Origin: a virus
IMG/VR virus record: IMGVR_UViG_3300043742_000003
Location: 1 to 44,882 of that record
Direction: 5' to 3' (one strand)
Length of the DNA stretch: 44,882 nt
Part shown: one piece after another, positions 24,582 to 33,382 of the stretch
Layout: every line of letters starts with the position of its first letter
Numbering within the stretch: position 1 is the first letter of the stretch
Program-made: the position numbers and the translations under genes
Notes under the pieces: model-generated
What the model saw: only the letters and a program-made list of their open reading frames with translations
Database searches by the model: none
What the model was told of the DNA's origin: nothing

Positions 24582-25910
24582 CTAGCTGAAGTAACCAGTT
24601 GGGATCTGAGCATTGCTGATGAAAGCGCCGGCGCGGACGTTGCTATTGAAGACGTTGAAGCTCGTCACAAAATAGAACACCGTGGAGGCGTTGATTCCAC
24701 CAGAGGCCCCGATTGTCGGGAAAACAGTTTGGCCGTTTACGTCGTACAAGTCCGCGGCCTTGAGCTCGCCCAAACCCCAATACTTTAGGCAAAGCCCGTC
24801 GACACGCCCTGGAAGAGCGTGAACGGATTTGATGATGTCGTATCCGACGAACGTCGCCGGCGTGTACTTTTTCAGCATGTCCACCGACGAGTCGCCCTTA
24901 ATTTCATTTTGGTTGGCGATCGCGACCTGGATGGCGAGGTTTTCCACCGCGGCAGCCTGGTCAACGTTGCAGTACCAAACGAAATCGGCGAGAGCCGGTG
25001 TCTCGTTTCCGAGTGCGAGCGCAATCTTCGACACCACGAGGCGTCCGATGGGCACGGTGATCGCGGCGCCGTTCAGGTTCACTGTCGGCGTCGAGAGTCG
25101 GCCAGGGAAATTGCTGCGCGCCAAACCGTTCAGCGTGCCGGAATTTCCGTTCACCTGGTACGCACGAATCCCCATGATCGAAGTATTCGCGCCGCCAGAT
25201 GCACCGTTCACCACGAGCAAATCTCCCGAGGTTGTGCCGGCGGGAAGAGCAGTGGAGCTCCAGATCGTATTGACTACGCCATCGACATACGAAATCTGAA
25301 AGCTGCCGCGGCTTACGCCACCGACGCTCGGGAAAACCTGCACCACTTGGTTGTCAAAAAATTGGTTGGCGTTGCTGACGATGATGTTCGAGAACGAAGG
25401 TCCAGCAGGACCGCTCGCGGAGCTCGGTGTCGTAACCGTCGCCAATGTTCCAGAGCCATCGCCCTGGAGATCGGCGTCGAGGTTACTTTTGAACTGCTCC
25501 AACGTATGCGTAAATTCACTGGCTTTGACTTGGACGCGAGACTTTTTTCCGGTCTCGGTCGACCACAGTGCCTGCGCAGTGATTTCGCACGCCTCGGAAA
25601 ACGAAATCGGTGTGAGGAACTGAGCCGCGTAAAACGACCCAGTGCCGCGACCCATGTCGCCGCCGTCGGCCGAAAACTGCTGGTGGGTGCTCCCCGCGGC
25701 AATCCTCATCGGAATGCGCAGCGAAGGACGACCCGTTGAATCAAATGTGGAACCCGTGCTGCCGCCCGTCGATGTCGACATGGGCAACACACGTCCCGCC
25801 TTTTTCAGGCGAGCGTAGAAGGTGTCCTCCGTCAACATCAAATCGGGGACTTCCTCCCTCACTGTCTCGAGTTCGACAGCTTGGACGCTCGCTTCTTGTA
25901 GAGCAGCCAT
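24582..25910 (-). CDS. Major capsid protein (442 aa)
   Basis: Downstream of portal and scaffold. It is preceded by a 190-bp intergenic region and a strong SD (AGAGGAGtagccacATG), and followed by stable hairpins. Size and composition are consistent with an HK97-fold coat protein. No motif-level proof. Confidence 0.7.
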   Translation of the reverse strand: MAALQEASVQAVELETVREEVPDLMLTEDTFYARLKKAGRVLPMSTSTGGSTGSTFDSTGRPSLRIPMRIAAGSTHQQFSADGGDMGRGTGSFYAAQFLTPISFSEACEITAQALWSTETGKKSRVQVKASEFTHTLEQFKSNLDADLQGDGSGTLATVTTPSSASGPAGPSFSNIIVSNANQFFDNQVVQVFPSVGGVSRGSFQISYVDGVVNTIWSSTALPAGTTSGDLLVVNGASGGANTSIMGIRAYQVNGNSGTLNGLARSNFPGRLSTPTVNLNGAAITVPIGRLVVSKIALALGNETPALADFVWYCNVDQAAAVENLAIQVAIANQNEIKGDSSVDMLKKYTPATFVGYDIIKSVHALPGRVDGLCLKYWGLGELKAADLYDVNGQTVFPTIGASGGINASTVFYFVTSFNVFNSNVRAGAFISNAQIPTGYFS

Positions 25911-26099
25911 GTGGCTACTCCTCTGGTCTTGGACTTACCCTGTGCGTTTTGCTGCCTGAATCAGCCGGCTTCGCTGCTGCCGTATGTTGCAGGTGTAGTG
26001 AGCGACCGTAGTCGCCTTGGTGCATTGCGTTGCTCGCGTTCGAGTTTTCGGTTTAACGAGACTCCGACTCGATCGAGTGCGCGAGAGCGCAAAAAGTTT

Positions 26100-26648
26100 T
26101 TATTGTTCGCCGTGTCCGGTGCGGTACTTGTCCGCGGAATCCTTCGCGAGCATTGCGCCCGTCACCGCCGGCACACTCCACTTCGAGAGCGTTCTCCAAA
26201 ACTTTGACGGGTCTTTCTTTCCGAGCTTGCGCGAAAGAAGGTTCAAGCCAGTTGCCGACGCGATGCCGATCGCGGCCATGCCGGCGTTCCACGATTTTCC
26301 ATACGGCATGTTGTCCACGTAGCAGCAGCCGTGAATGTTGCGCTCGGTGTAATTCGTCGCGGCCGTGTTGACGAGCCAGGCCGACACGATCACGCCTTCG
26401 CCGGTCCAGAATTGCCAGTCCCTGTAGAACGGCCGATTGATCTCGGCCTGGTGCGTCACGTACCAAACGTTGTAGTCGTCGGCGCACATGTTGCTCTCGA
26501 GCCACGTGAACGGATTCGCGGCTTTTCGCGAGTGCGTCGAGCACTTCGGCTGAATCGCTTGCGCGTGAAGAGTCGAAGCGAAAAGCAGTACCAAAACCCC
26601 ATTCCGGAATGGGGTTACCAACGAGCCTTTTTGCCGTTTTTGAGCCAT
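26100..26648 (-). CDS. Predicted secreted/membrane accessory protein (182 aa) inserted between the scaffold and capsid genes
   Basis: Signal-peptide-like N-terminus MAQKRQKGSLVTPFRNGVLVLLFASTLHAQA|IQP. Hydrophobic segments lie near the C-terminus (AGMAAIGIASATGLNLL, WSVPAVTGAMLA). It overlaps the scaffold 3' end by 34 nt, and the SD spacing is poor. Confidence 0.5.
   Translation of the reverse strand: MAQKRQKGSLVTPFRNGVLVLLFASTLHAQAIQPKCSTHSRKAANPFTWLESNMCADDYNVWYVTHQAEINRPFYRDWQFWTGEGVIVSAWLVNTAATNYTERNIHGCCYVDNMPYGKSWNAGMAAIGIASATGLNLLSRKLGKKDPSKFWRTLSKWSVPAVTGAMLAKDSADKYRTGHGEQ
26595..26616 (-). terminator. Perfect 22-bp palindrome at the scaffold stop codon (possible attenuator or RNA hairpin)
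   Basis: AACCCCATTCCGGAATGGGGTT is its own reverse complement. In the minus sense it is followed by UUGGUACUGCUUUUC. It overlaps the scaffold TAA (26615-26617) and the signal-peptide codons of 26100..26648. Confidence 0.4.
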
Positions 26649-27898
26649 GCCTCACCGTGGCCGGCGATCGAGCCGAGCCAGGACGCCTTGTCCGTGCGTG
26701 TAAAATCGACGTCACTTGTTTTTGGGCGGCCGGTGACGGTGCTCCCTCCCCCGGAAGCTCTGCCACTGGCCGCGACCCTGCGAACCCCAGCCGAGCTCGC
26801 ATTTCCACTGCCCGTGAGATTGAATTCACGGACCAACTTTTTCACTACGCCAGGAAGCTTTGCGCGCGCCGCGGCAACGATGAAGTGAACCGCGCGCTCG
26901 GAATTGCCGGCGCCGATGACCGCCTTGTATTTGTCGGCATAGCCAGGCGCGGTGTTCACCTGCGTGGCGAGCTCCTCGTTGATGGCCTTGCGCAGACGGT
27001 TGCCCGTTGCGATCGGAATCTTTTTCCCGGCGAGTGCCTGGCGCAGCAGCTGATTGGTGAAGCCCATCACCTGGGTGTTCACCTGGCTGCGGATCCCGCC
27101 GTAGAAAGCTTTCTGCTGTTCGCCAGCGAATTCCTGCTTCTCGCGATCGAAGGCCTCGCGTTCACCCTTCAGCGGATCCGGCGCCTTCGCGCGCGTGGCG
27201 AAGTTGCGGAGCTCCGAGAGGAACTGCTTCAGATCGCCGGCATGCCTCTGGATCTCGTCGTAGCGTTCGCCGGCGATGGCCGTCTCGAGCGCGGTGATCG
27301 TGCCGATCACGCCGCAGCGGTCGAGTGCTTTGTACATCGGACCACTGAGCGCGCGATCGTGCGCCGCCAGGTCCACTGCCTCGAGCTTCTCGATCGCGTG
27401 ACCGACGAGCGCTTTGAATCCGTCGGGATATTCCTTTGCCCAGGTGTCGACGAGGACCGGATCGCCGGCCTTGAAGCCTTCCTCCATCATCCGGCTGGCC
27501 TGGACTTCCTCGGCCATTCCGGCGATGCCGTCGACGCCGCCGTGGTTCTCGAGGAGCTCCGAGGCCTCGCGCAGCGCCTGGATGCCTCCGAGCTTGTCGG
27601 CCTGGCCGGCTTTGAACAGCGCCGCGGTTACTTGTCGCTCGAGTGTCGGATAACGCTTGGCAAATTCGGGTTGAGCAGCGGAGAGCTCGCGAATGGCTCT
27701 TCGCACGTCGGTCGGAAGCGTTCGGCTTGGTGGCGTCGAACGCTCACTACTTCCATCTTCTTCTGGCGGTGGTTCCTCCCCGCCTTCGCTTTCTGCGCCA
27801 CCTTCGACTTCTTCTTCTGATCCTCCAACTTCCTCTTCCGCTATTCCTACTCCACCTTCGTCACCACCACCGAGCAGACCTAGATCTTCGCCTTCCAC
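26615..27898 (-). CDS. Putative scaffolding protein (427 aa) with a hyper-acidic N-terminus
   Basis: GTG start with an AGGGGGA SD. Located between the portal and capsid genes. Helical and charged composition. The N-terminal ~55 aa are E/G/D-rich (EGEDLGLLGGGDEGGVGIAEEEVGGSEEEVEGGAESEGGEEPPPEEDG). Confidence 0.5.
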   Translation of the reverse strand: MEGEDLGLLGGGDEGGVGIAEEEVGGSEEEVEGGAESEGGEEPPPEEDGSSERSTPPSRTLPTDVRRAIRELSAAQPEFAKRYPTLERQVTAALFKAGQADKLGGIQALREASELLENHGGVDGIAGMAEEVQASRMMEEGFKAGDPVLVDTWAKEYPDGFKALVGHAIEKLEAVDLAAHDRALSGPMYKALDRCGVIGTITALETAIAGERYDEIQRHAGDLKQFLSELRNFATRAKAPDPLKGEREAFDREKQEFAGEQQKAFYGGIRSQVNTQVMGFTNQLLRQALAGKKIPIATGNRLRKAINEELATQVNTAPGYADKYKAVIGAGNSERAVHFIVAAARAKLPGVVKKLVREFNLTGSGNASSAGVRRVAASGRASGGGSTVTGRPKTSDVDFTRTDKASWLGSIAGHGEAWLKNGKKARW

Positions 27899-27924
27899 AA
27901 TTTCCCCCTGATTTCTGGATTGAC

Positions 27925-30447
27925 TTACTGCACTCGTTCAGGCTTCGCGCCTTCCGGCCCCTGCGGCGGTTTCTGCGCTTGCGCCATTTCGAGTGCTTGA
28001 TCGTGCTGTTGCTCGGCCATCAGCTGCGGCAACGACAGCTGGATGCCGAGTTTCTTCGCCACCTGGACCTGACCTTCAGGTGGGAGATCCTTGAAATTCG
28101 TTGAGATCGATTCCGAGACCGGCTTCATCTGCGGCTGCGGTGCGTTCTGCGCCTGCTGCGCTGCGAGCGCGGCTTTGTGCTCGGAGAAGTGCAGCTTCAC
28201 GTTCTTGAAGCCTTCGGGATTTGCCTGGCGAGCTTTAATCCCGGCCGGCGTGTTGGCCCAGGTGACGATCTCGGCCATTTCGTTCGGATGGTCATCGAGG
28301 TCGGCGTCGACCGGGATCGAGCTCACTTCGGGCGGAATCTTTGCGATCGCCTGCTGCAGCTGCTGCTGCTGCTGCACGATCATTTCTGGCGGCGTGCCAG
28401 GAGGCGGCTGGAGAGACGGAGACTGCATGGCCTCCTGCGCCTGGGCGAGTTTCGGATTCGGTTCGGCTCTTCCCTCGAGCAGCAGCATGATTTCGCCTTG
28501 CTGCTTCGCGGCTGCCGGCGCGCCAGGGATGATGAGCTCGGGGAGGCCGGTCTTGTCCTTCGCGATCGCAAGATTTCTCGGGACCGCAAGAATGCCCTGG
28601 AGGACCGGATTCGACGCGGCCGCGGCCATCAGCTGCGTCCACACCGCGCGCTGCGCTACCCAGGACTCAGGGAAATTTTCATCCGTATCAGGGAAGCAGC
28701 GGACGCCGCCCTTCAGATCGTTCGGATCGATGTTCAGCTGCTCTTTCGAGCCGCCAGCTGCCGGCACTTCTCCGGTCATCGCCGCGTTGCGGAATTTCGC
28801 GGAGCACGCGACTGCCTGGCGCATGATGCGCGCGTAGCTCGCTTTGATATTTCTCCAGGTCAGACCGACGCGGCCCATCGCCTGGTCGCGCTGGATCTGC
28901 ATGCCGCCCATGGTGTCGGGCTCGCCCTGCTGGCCGCCGAACAAGGCCGGAAAGGCGCCACACAAGAATTGGCTGAACTCGCCGAACAGCGACTGCACGT
29001 AAAGGAACAAACCTTCCGCGATCTGGATCTGCGGTTCGACGAAGATGTTGCCGGCGAGATCTTTGTCCGGTCGGCGTTTCATCCGCACATACTGATTCGG
29101 CTTCGATCCGATCTGCCCGAGGGCTTCCACATCTATCGCCTCGGTATCGACCCATTTGATCGGGATGAGGTGCATGAACGACTCGTGCAGCAAATCCATG
29201 CAGTCGTTGAGCTTTTCTTGGATGGGGATGATCGGCCCACCTAGCGGAGGACGATGCATGCCGTCGCCTGGTCCCGCGTGCGTCAGCGCCAGGCAGTCAT
29301 CCATGCGGCAGCGCCTGGCGTCGACGACCTCTTTGCCGACGAAGGCCACGTAGGCGCCTTCGGGAAAATTGGTATAGAGCCACTCGCGTTTGTCGTCGTC
29401 TTCGATTTCGCGATAGAAGCTCGGCCGGCAGAAGAAGAACTGCTCGGTGCAGTTGTAGCTCATTGCGTCGTTCGTCATGTTCGACGGACGCATTCCCATC
29501 ATGATCGAAGTGCGCGCGAGCCTCGCGTACTCGGTCTCCGCAGTGAGCGTTTGCATGGCCTTGATCTTTTTGGCCTTCCGCGGGTACTTCGTCTTCATCA
29601 GCGTGATGTCACGCTCTTTACTGATCGTCGCGTAGCCGCATTCCTCGATGCAGCTGGCCTGCATCGGCACCTTCGATTCGAGTGCGCCGTAATGCTCGAT
29701 CACTTCCTGGCCGCGCGGCTTGCCGCGATCGAAGGATTCTTCCTGGCCGGCTTTCTCGCCGAGCTCGGGCAGATAGGAGAGCTCGTCCTCGAGTTCGTTT
29801 TTCGTTTCGTAGCCGAACCGCTGCGCGTCGAGAACGTAATGCGTGTAGGTGAGCGAGCGGCTGTCGGTCCACAGGAAGCGCGCCATCTCTTCCTGCAGCG
29901 TGATCATGTCGTTGGCGCGTTCGATCAGTTTGCGCGCGCCATCGCTTGATTCGGCCGCGGTGACATCTGCAGGATTCGCTTGATCATCGGGCTCAAATCG
30001 AACAGATGGCGTCCCCTGGGTAAGTGAAGCGACGATGGTCTGACCAAAGGCCAAGTAAATATTTGTCTCTTGATTGTGGTCATCGTAGCTTTGTCCACCG
30101 ACCAAGATGAGCTGTGGTAAGACCCACGCCCCGTTTTTGCCGGGAAGCAGATACTGATTTCCCCGCCAAAAATATCTGGCTTTCCACGCATCGCGGACTT
30201 CCATGCGATAGGAAGTGAGATCGCGCTGGCACGCTTTGTTTGCGAGTTGCGAGAGGATGCCTTCTTTTTCTTCCTGGTCGTAACCGCTGTCGTCCTGTTC
30301 CTCGAGATCGACGCGATCTTCATCTGAAACGGCGTCCACTGCACAGAGTTCGCCTGGCTGAAATTCTTCAACTTCCTCTTCGCCGGTTTCGTCTTGGTCT
30401 TCGTCGTCGCGCTCCTCGAGGAGCTCTTCATCAGCCATGTTTCGCAC
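27925..30447 (-). CDS. Putative portal protein (840 aa)
   Basis: Large ORF immediately upstream of scaffold and capsid. Acidic N-terminal extension and Q-rich C-terminal region. The start may be the ATG at 30438. The call rests on position and size. Confidence 0.6.
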   Translation of the reverse strand: MRNMADEELLEERDDEDQDETGEEEVEEFQPGELCAVDAVSDEDRVDLEEQDDSGYDQEEKEGILSQLANKACQRDLTSYRMEVRDAWKARYFWRGNQYLLPGKNGAWVLPQLILVGGQSYDDHNQETNIYLAFGQTIVASLTQGTPSVRFEPDDQANPADVTAAESSDGARKLIERANDMITLQEEMARFLWTDSRSLTYTHYVLDAQRFGYETKNELEDELSYLPELGEKAGQEESFDRGKPRGQEVIEHYGALESKVPMQASCIEECGYATISKERDITLMKTKYPRKAKKIKAMQTLTAETEYARLARTSIMMGMRPSNMTNDAMSYNCTEQFFFCRPSFYREIEDDDKREWLYTNFPEGAYVAFVGKEVVDARRCRMDDCLALTHAGPGDGMHRPPLGGPIIPIQEKLNDCMDLLHESFMHLIPIKWVDTEAIDVEALGQIGSKPNQYVRMKRRPDKDLAGNIFVEPQIQIAEGLFLYVQSLFGEFSQFLCGAFPALFGGQQGEPDTMGGMQIQRDQAMGRVGLTWRNIKASYARIMRQAVACSAKFRNAAMTGEVPAAGGSKEQLNIDPNDLKGGVRCFPDTDENFPESWVAQRAVWTQLMAAAASNPVLQGILAVPRNLAIAKDKTGLPELIIPGAPAAAKQQGEIMLLLEGRAEPNPKLAQAQEAMQSPSLQPPPGTPPEMIVQQQQQLQQAIAKIPPEVSSIPVDADLDDHPNEMAEIVTWANTPAGIKARQANPEGFKNVKLHFSEHKAALAAQQAQNAPQPQMKPVSESISTNFKDLPPEGQVQVAKKLGIQLSLPQLMAEQQHDQALEMAQAQKPPQGPEGAKPERVQ

Positions 30448-30619
30448 TCATGAAAGCGAGAGCCATATTCGCGCGGCGGCCGAGTTTTCCGCCGGCATGC
30501 TTTTCCTTTTCCGCGTAGGCATAGGTCGACATGCCGTGACGGTGTGCGGCTTCGCGAAACACGCCCTTAGTGCCGGCATGCTTTTCGCGCTTCGATTCGG
30601 CCTGCATCCACTTACTCAC
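30431..30619 (-). CDS. Small basic protein (62 aa) with an internal EKHAG.K.G repeat
   Basis: Track ORF: MSKWMQAESKREKHAGTKGVFREAAHRHGMSTYAYAEKEKHAGGKLGRRANMALAF.. Confidence 0.55.
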   Translation of the reverse strand: MSKWMQAESKREKHAGTKGVFREAAHRHGMSTYAYAEKEKHAGGKLGRRANMALAFMSAKHG

Positions 30620-31424
30620 GTTCGGGCCCCTTCCTGCGGTACTTGTCGACTACCTTCTTCGGGAATACGGTTGCGCCGGCCTCGAGCGGGTAGACGCCGG
30701 TCTCGGGGACGAGCTCGTGTCCGATCTCCTCGCCGCGGTGCAATTTGTACGGCTGCGTTTGCGGCACCAGGCCGCCCTCGTGGAAGCTCAAGCCTTCGTC
30801 GAAAGTGCGATTGAGCGGCGCCGCGACATTCGCCTCCATCTGCTTGAGCTTCGAGTCGTCGCCTTTGCCGGGAGAAAACTTCAGCGAGAACTTCGACTTC
30901 GCCGGCTGTGCGGGACCACCGCCAGACGCGAGCGGTCCTTGCGTGAGCGGGACAGGCGTTGCCGGCGTGTTGCCGATACCGATGTCCGGTGCCGGCCCAG
31001 GCGCCGTTCCACCTTCTTGGAAACTTCCGACGGGCCGGCCGCCGGTCTGTTGGATCGGCGGGACGAGGCCCATCGAGTCTTCCGGCCGGATGATTCCGCG
31101 GTTCGGCGGCTCGATGACGATGCGGCTGCGATTCGCAAATGGCGCGGAGGCCGCGAGGCCTTGCTGATGCATGGCATCGGTCGCAAGGCGCTGCTGTGCG
31201 CCGATCGCGTATTTCGGATCGTTCGGATCGGGACCGCCGCCAGTGAAGCCTTCCCACGGCGCTTTCGGTTCCCGCATCGAGCGCAGCCAGTCGGCGCGTT
31301 CATTGCCGCGCGTATTTGCTGCCACCGCGCGCTCTTGCGAGCGCCGGCTATTTGCTTCTTGCGGCGTTGGGACAAGCGTCGACACATACGGCTCGCCCGT
31401 TGGCTTCTTATTCTGCGGAGGCAT
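30612..31424 (-). CDS. Hypothetical Pro/Gly-rich protein (270 aa)
   Basis: Track ORF that overlaps both neighbours by a few codons. Confidence 0.55.
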   Translation of the reverse strand: MPPQNKKPTGEPYVSTLVPTPQEANSRRSQERAVAANTRGNERADWLRSMREPKAPWEGFTGGGPDPNDPKYAIGAQQRLATDAMHQQGLAASAPFANRSRIVIEPPNRGIIRPEDSMGLVPPIQQTGGRPVGSFQEGGTAPGPAPDIGIGNTPATPVPLTQGPLASGGGPAQPAKSKFSLKFSPGKGDDSKLKQMEANVAAPLNRTFDEGLSFHEGGLVPQTQPYKLHRGEEIGHELVPETGVYPLEAGATVFPKKVVDKYRRKGPERE

Positions 31425-31590
31425 CTTTGGCCTTTTTGTATTTGCGCGAGAGGGGAATGTGATGGCCTTCTTTTCGCGCCATCGAGATTTGGATAGCTAC
31501 GGCTTGCTTCGGATTCTTGACGATTGGTCCGCCAGGTCCGCTGTGAAGCTTCCCCTCGCGGTATAACCGCATCACCTCCCGCGCCGGCAT
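31408..31590 (-). CDS. Small protein (60 aa) of the E(F/Y)K.GKLHSG ... KQA(I/V)AI type
   Basis: MPAREVMRLYREGKLHSGPGGPIVKNPKQAVAIQISMARKEG matches a widespread small bacterial/phage protein motif recalled from memory. The family number was not verified. Confidence 0.55.
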   Translation of the reverse strand: MPAREVMRLYREGKLHSGPGGPIVKNPKQAVAIQISMARKEGHHIPLSRKYKKAKDASAE

Positions 31591-31821
31591 TTACTCTTTT
31601 GGAGCGGAAGCGGGAACGGGGACAGCGGCTTTCACGTGATGCGTGAAGAGACCGATCAGCATGTGAATGAAGCCAGCGACAACCGGCTCCATCGCGGCGC
31701 CAGTCGAGATCGCGGCGCCGATCGCCGGCGAGAACGTGCTCGCAACTACCGCGGCTTCCTGCGCTGCTTGCGCGATCTTCGCATCCAGTGTTTCTCCAAC
31801 CGTAACGGGTGTCGTTGCCAT
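31591..31821 (-). CDS. Small hydrophobic protein (76 aa), possible membrane/holin-like
   Basis: Internal ATG at 31821 with an AAAGGA SD. Contains the hydrophobic stretch AAVVASTFSPAIGAAISTGAAMEPVVAGFIHMLIGLF. Confidence 0.45.
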   Translation of the reverse strand: MATTPVTVGETLDAKIAQAAQEAAVVASTFSPAIGAAISTGAAMEPVVAGFIHMLIGLFTHHVKAAVPVPASAPKE

Positions 31822-31840
31822 TTGTTTTCCTTTCGAGTGT

Positions 31841-32146
31841 TTAAAGCAAAGCGTCTTTGATGCGGCGTTCCTTGTCGTCCACAATCGCCGGCGCGGACTG
31901 CGCGACGTTCACGATGCGGCCGACGAGTTTCTTGTATTCGTCGAGATACCAGACTTCGCTGTAAGGAACGTGGTTGTTCTCGACGACCGTGAACGGATAA
32001 GCGAACGGCAGTTGCATGCCGGCGACCTTCGCGTACAGAGGGCTCGCGATGTGCGCTTCAACGGAATGCGGAAATCTGAAGAATCCTTTCCTGACCATCT
32101 CCTCGGTCAGGAGAGTTCCATTCGCGTTGATGTTCTCGCCGGCCAT
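31841..32146 (-). CDS. Hypothetical protein (101 aa)
   Basis: Internal ATG at 32146, 5 nt downstream of the upstream stop. The N-terminal part of track ORF 31841..32386 is a shadow of the FN3 gene. Confidence 0.55.
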   Translation of the reverse strand: MAGENINANGTLLTEEMVRKGFFRFPHSVEAHIASPLYAKVAGMQLPFAYPFTVVENNHVPYSEVWYLDEYKKLVGRIVNVAQSAPAIVDDKERRIKDALL

Positions 32147-32151
32147 CGTCG

Positions 32152-32538
32152 TCAGGATTTGCCGGTAACCACGATCGCTGTCGGTGCCGCCGGAGGAAGA
32201 GACACCGAAACGGAATCTTTTGCCGATTCGAGTCCATTCAACGTGAACGTGACCGCGTAGCACCACGTGCCGCCAGGCACGGTCGTGTCGCTGTAAGTCG
32301 CCTGCGTGGCGGTGAGCGATCCGAGCGAGATGAACGCGCTCGTCGCGGAGCATGCGCCAGGCGCGCGATAAACCGTCTGGCTGCACGATGCGGCCGCGGT
32401 GCAGTTCGCCGCAACGTCATCGGTTGAAACGGTCCACGCGAGCGCTACCGAGTGAGTCTGAGCTTCGGCAACAGACGGCCAAATCAGAAAGAGAACAAGC
32501 AACAGCAGACACAACTTAGCGACGACGTTCGTGTTCAT
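32152..32538 (-). CDS. Secreted fibronectin type III-like domain protein (128 aa)
   Basis: Signal peptide MNTNVVAKLCLLLLVLFLIWPSVAEA|QT. The following HSVALAWTVS...TVYRAPG...TATQATYSDTTVPGGTWCYAVTFTLNGLESAKDSVSVSLP fits the bacterial FN3 pattern (HSV.LSW..S...Y.VYR......L..T.YTDT.V..G..Y.Y.V.A....ES..S..VS). Confidence 0.7.
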   Translation of the reverse strand: MNTNVVAKLCLLLLVLFLIWPSVAEAQTHSVALAWTVSTDDVAANCTAAASCSQTVYRAPGACSATSAFISLGSLTATQATYSDTTVPGGTWCYAVTFTLNGLESAKDSVSVSLPPAAPTAIVVTGKS

Positions 32539-32887
32539 TGCAGCATCCCCTTTGTTGGACTAAACCTTCGACTTCTTCGCAAGGACTCGTGGCATTACCG
32601 GGACTCACCATCTCGCGGCAATTCACGCAGTGGGTGTCTCCGTCTTCGGTGTATCCGGCTTCTTCTTTGGAGACTCGCGTGATTCGCCACTTATGCTCCA
32701 CCGCAACTGGATGAGGAACTCCGTTGACGTAGAGCCCACAGACACCTCCAGCGGAGATGTCTCCAATAACTTCCAGACATTGGCCGGGAGCTCGAATGAA
32801 CTTCCAGCAAGCTCCGCATCGCGCACCACTTGCACGATTGATCGACGCCGGTTTGAAATACAGCACCGCCGCTTTGGATTTCTTCAC
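32516..32887 (-). CDS. Cys-rich hypothetical protein (123 aa)
   Basis: GTG start. Contains ..ARCGACWKF..GQCLEV.GDISAGGVCGLYV..HCVNC.. Confidence 0.5.
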   Translation of the reverse strand: MKKSKAAVLYFKPASINRASGARCGACWKFIRAPGQCLEVIGDISAGGVCGLYVNGVPHPVAVEHKWRITRVSKEEAGYTEDGDTHCVNCREMVSPGNATSPCEEVEGLVQQRGCCNEHERRR

Positions 32888-32896
32888 GAGCTCTGA

Positions 32897-33382
32897 CTAG
32901 CCGAGGTAGCCGACGTTCGATCCGCCCATGCCGCCCTGCGACATGTTGTTCTCAGCCTCTTCGCTGATCTCCTGGTCTTCCGGCAGGCGATCGCCCATGT
33001 GCTCGGTGTCTTCGCCGAATGCGTGGCCGCCGTGCTCGTGCGCTTCGCCGAGTGTTGCGTGATCGACGGGCCCGTGAACGTGGCCGTCCTCGTGATGCGT
33101 GGTCGAGGCGTAGCCCTGGTGCGTGCGGTGGATGTGATGGCTCACCGCGGCGCCGTGCTCGTCGTGAATCTGCTTCATCTCGTCGTGCTGCGATGCGGCG
33201 TGTTCGCCGCCAGACTCGCCGCCGACATTCTTCGGCCGCTTCTGCTTCTTCTCGCCGGCCTTCGATTTCGATTCCGGCTCGTAGCTCTCTTCCTTGCCGC
33301 CTCCGCGCTTCGACTCGTTGTATCGGTCGACCATCTGACGATTCCCGCGAAGCTTTCCGTCGCCGCTAACTGCTCCCCGCAT
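32897..33382 (-). CDS. His-rich acidic protein (161 aa)
   Basis: ATG with a GGAGGA SD. The C-terminal half is dense in His plus Asp/Glu: HDEMKQIHDEHGAAVSHHIHRTHQGYASTTHHEDGHVHGPVDHATLGEAHEHGGHAFGEDTEHMGD. Confidence 0.65.
   Translation of the reverse strand: MRGAVSGDGKLRGNRQMVDRYNESKRGGGKEESYEPESKSKAGEKKQKRPKNVGGESGGEHAASQHDEMKQIHDEHGAAVSHHIHRTHQGYASTTHHEDGHVHGPVDHATLGEAHEHGGHAFGEDTEHMGDRLPEDQEISEEAENNMSQGGMGGSNVGYLG

Noticed and set aside
26609-29244. Plus-strand ORFs 26609..27820 (403 aa) and 28177..29244 (355 aa), and minus ORF 26053..26829
   Set aside because: These are antisense or alternative-frame shadows of the scaffold, portal and signal-peptide genes. They have no SD and an Arg-rich composition.
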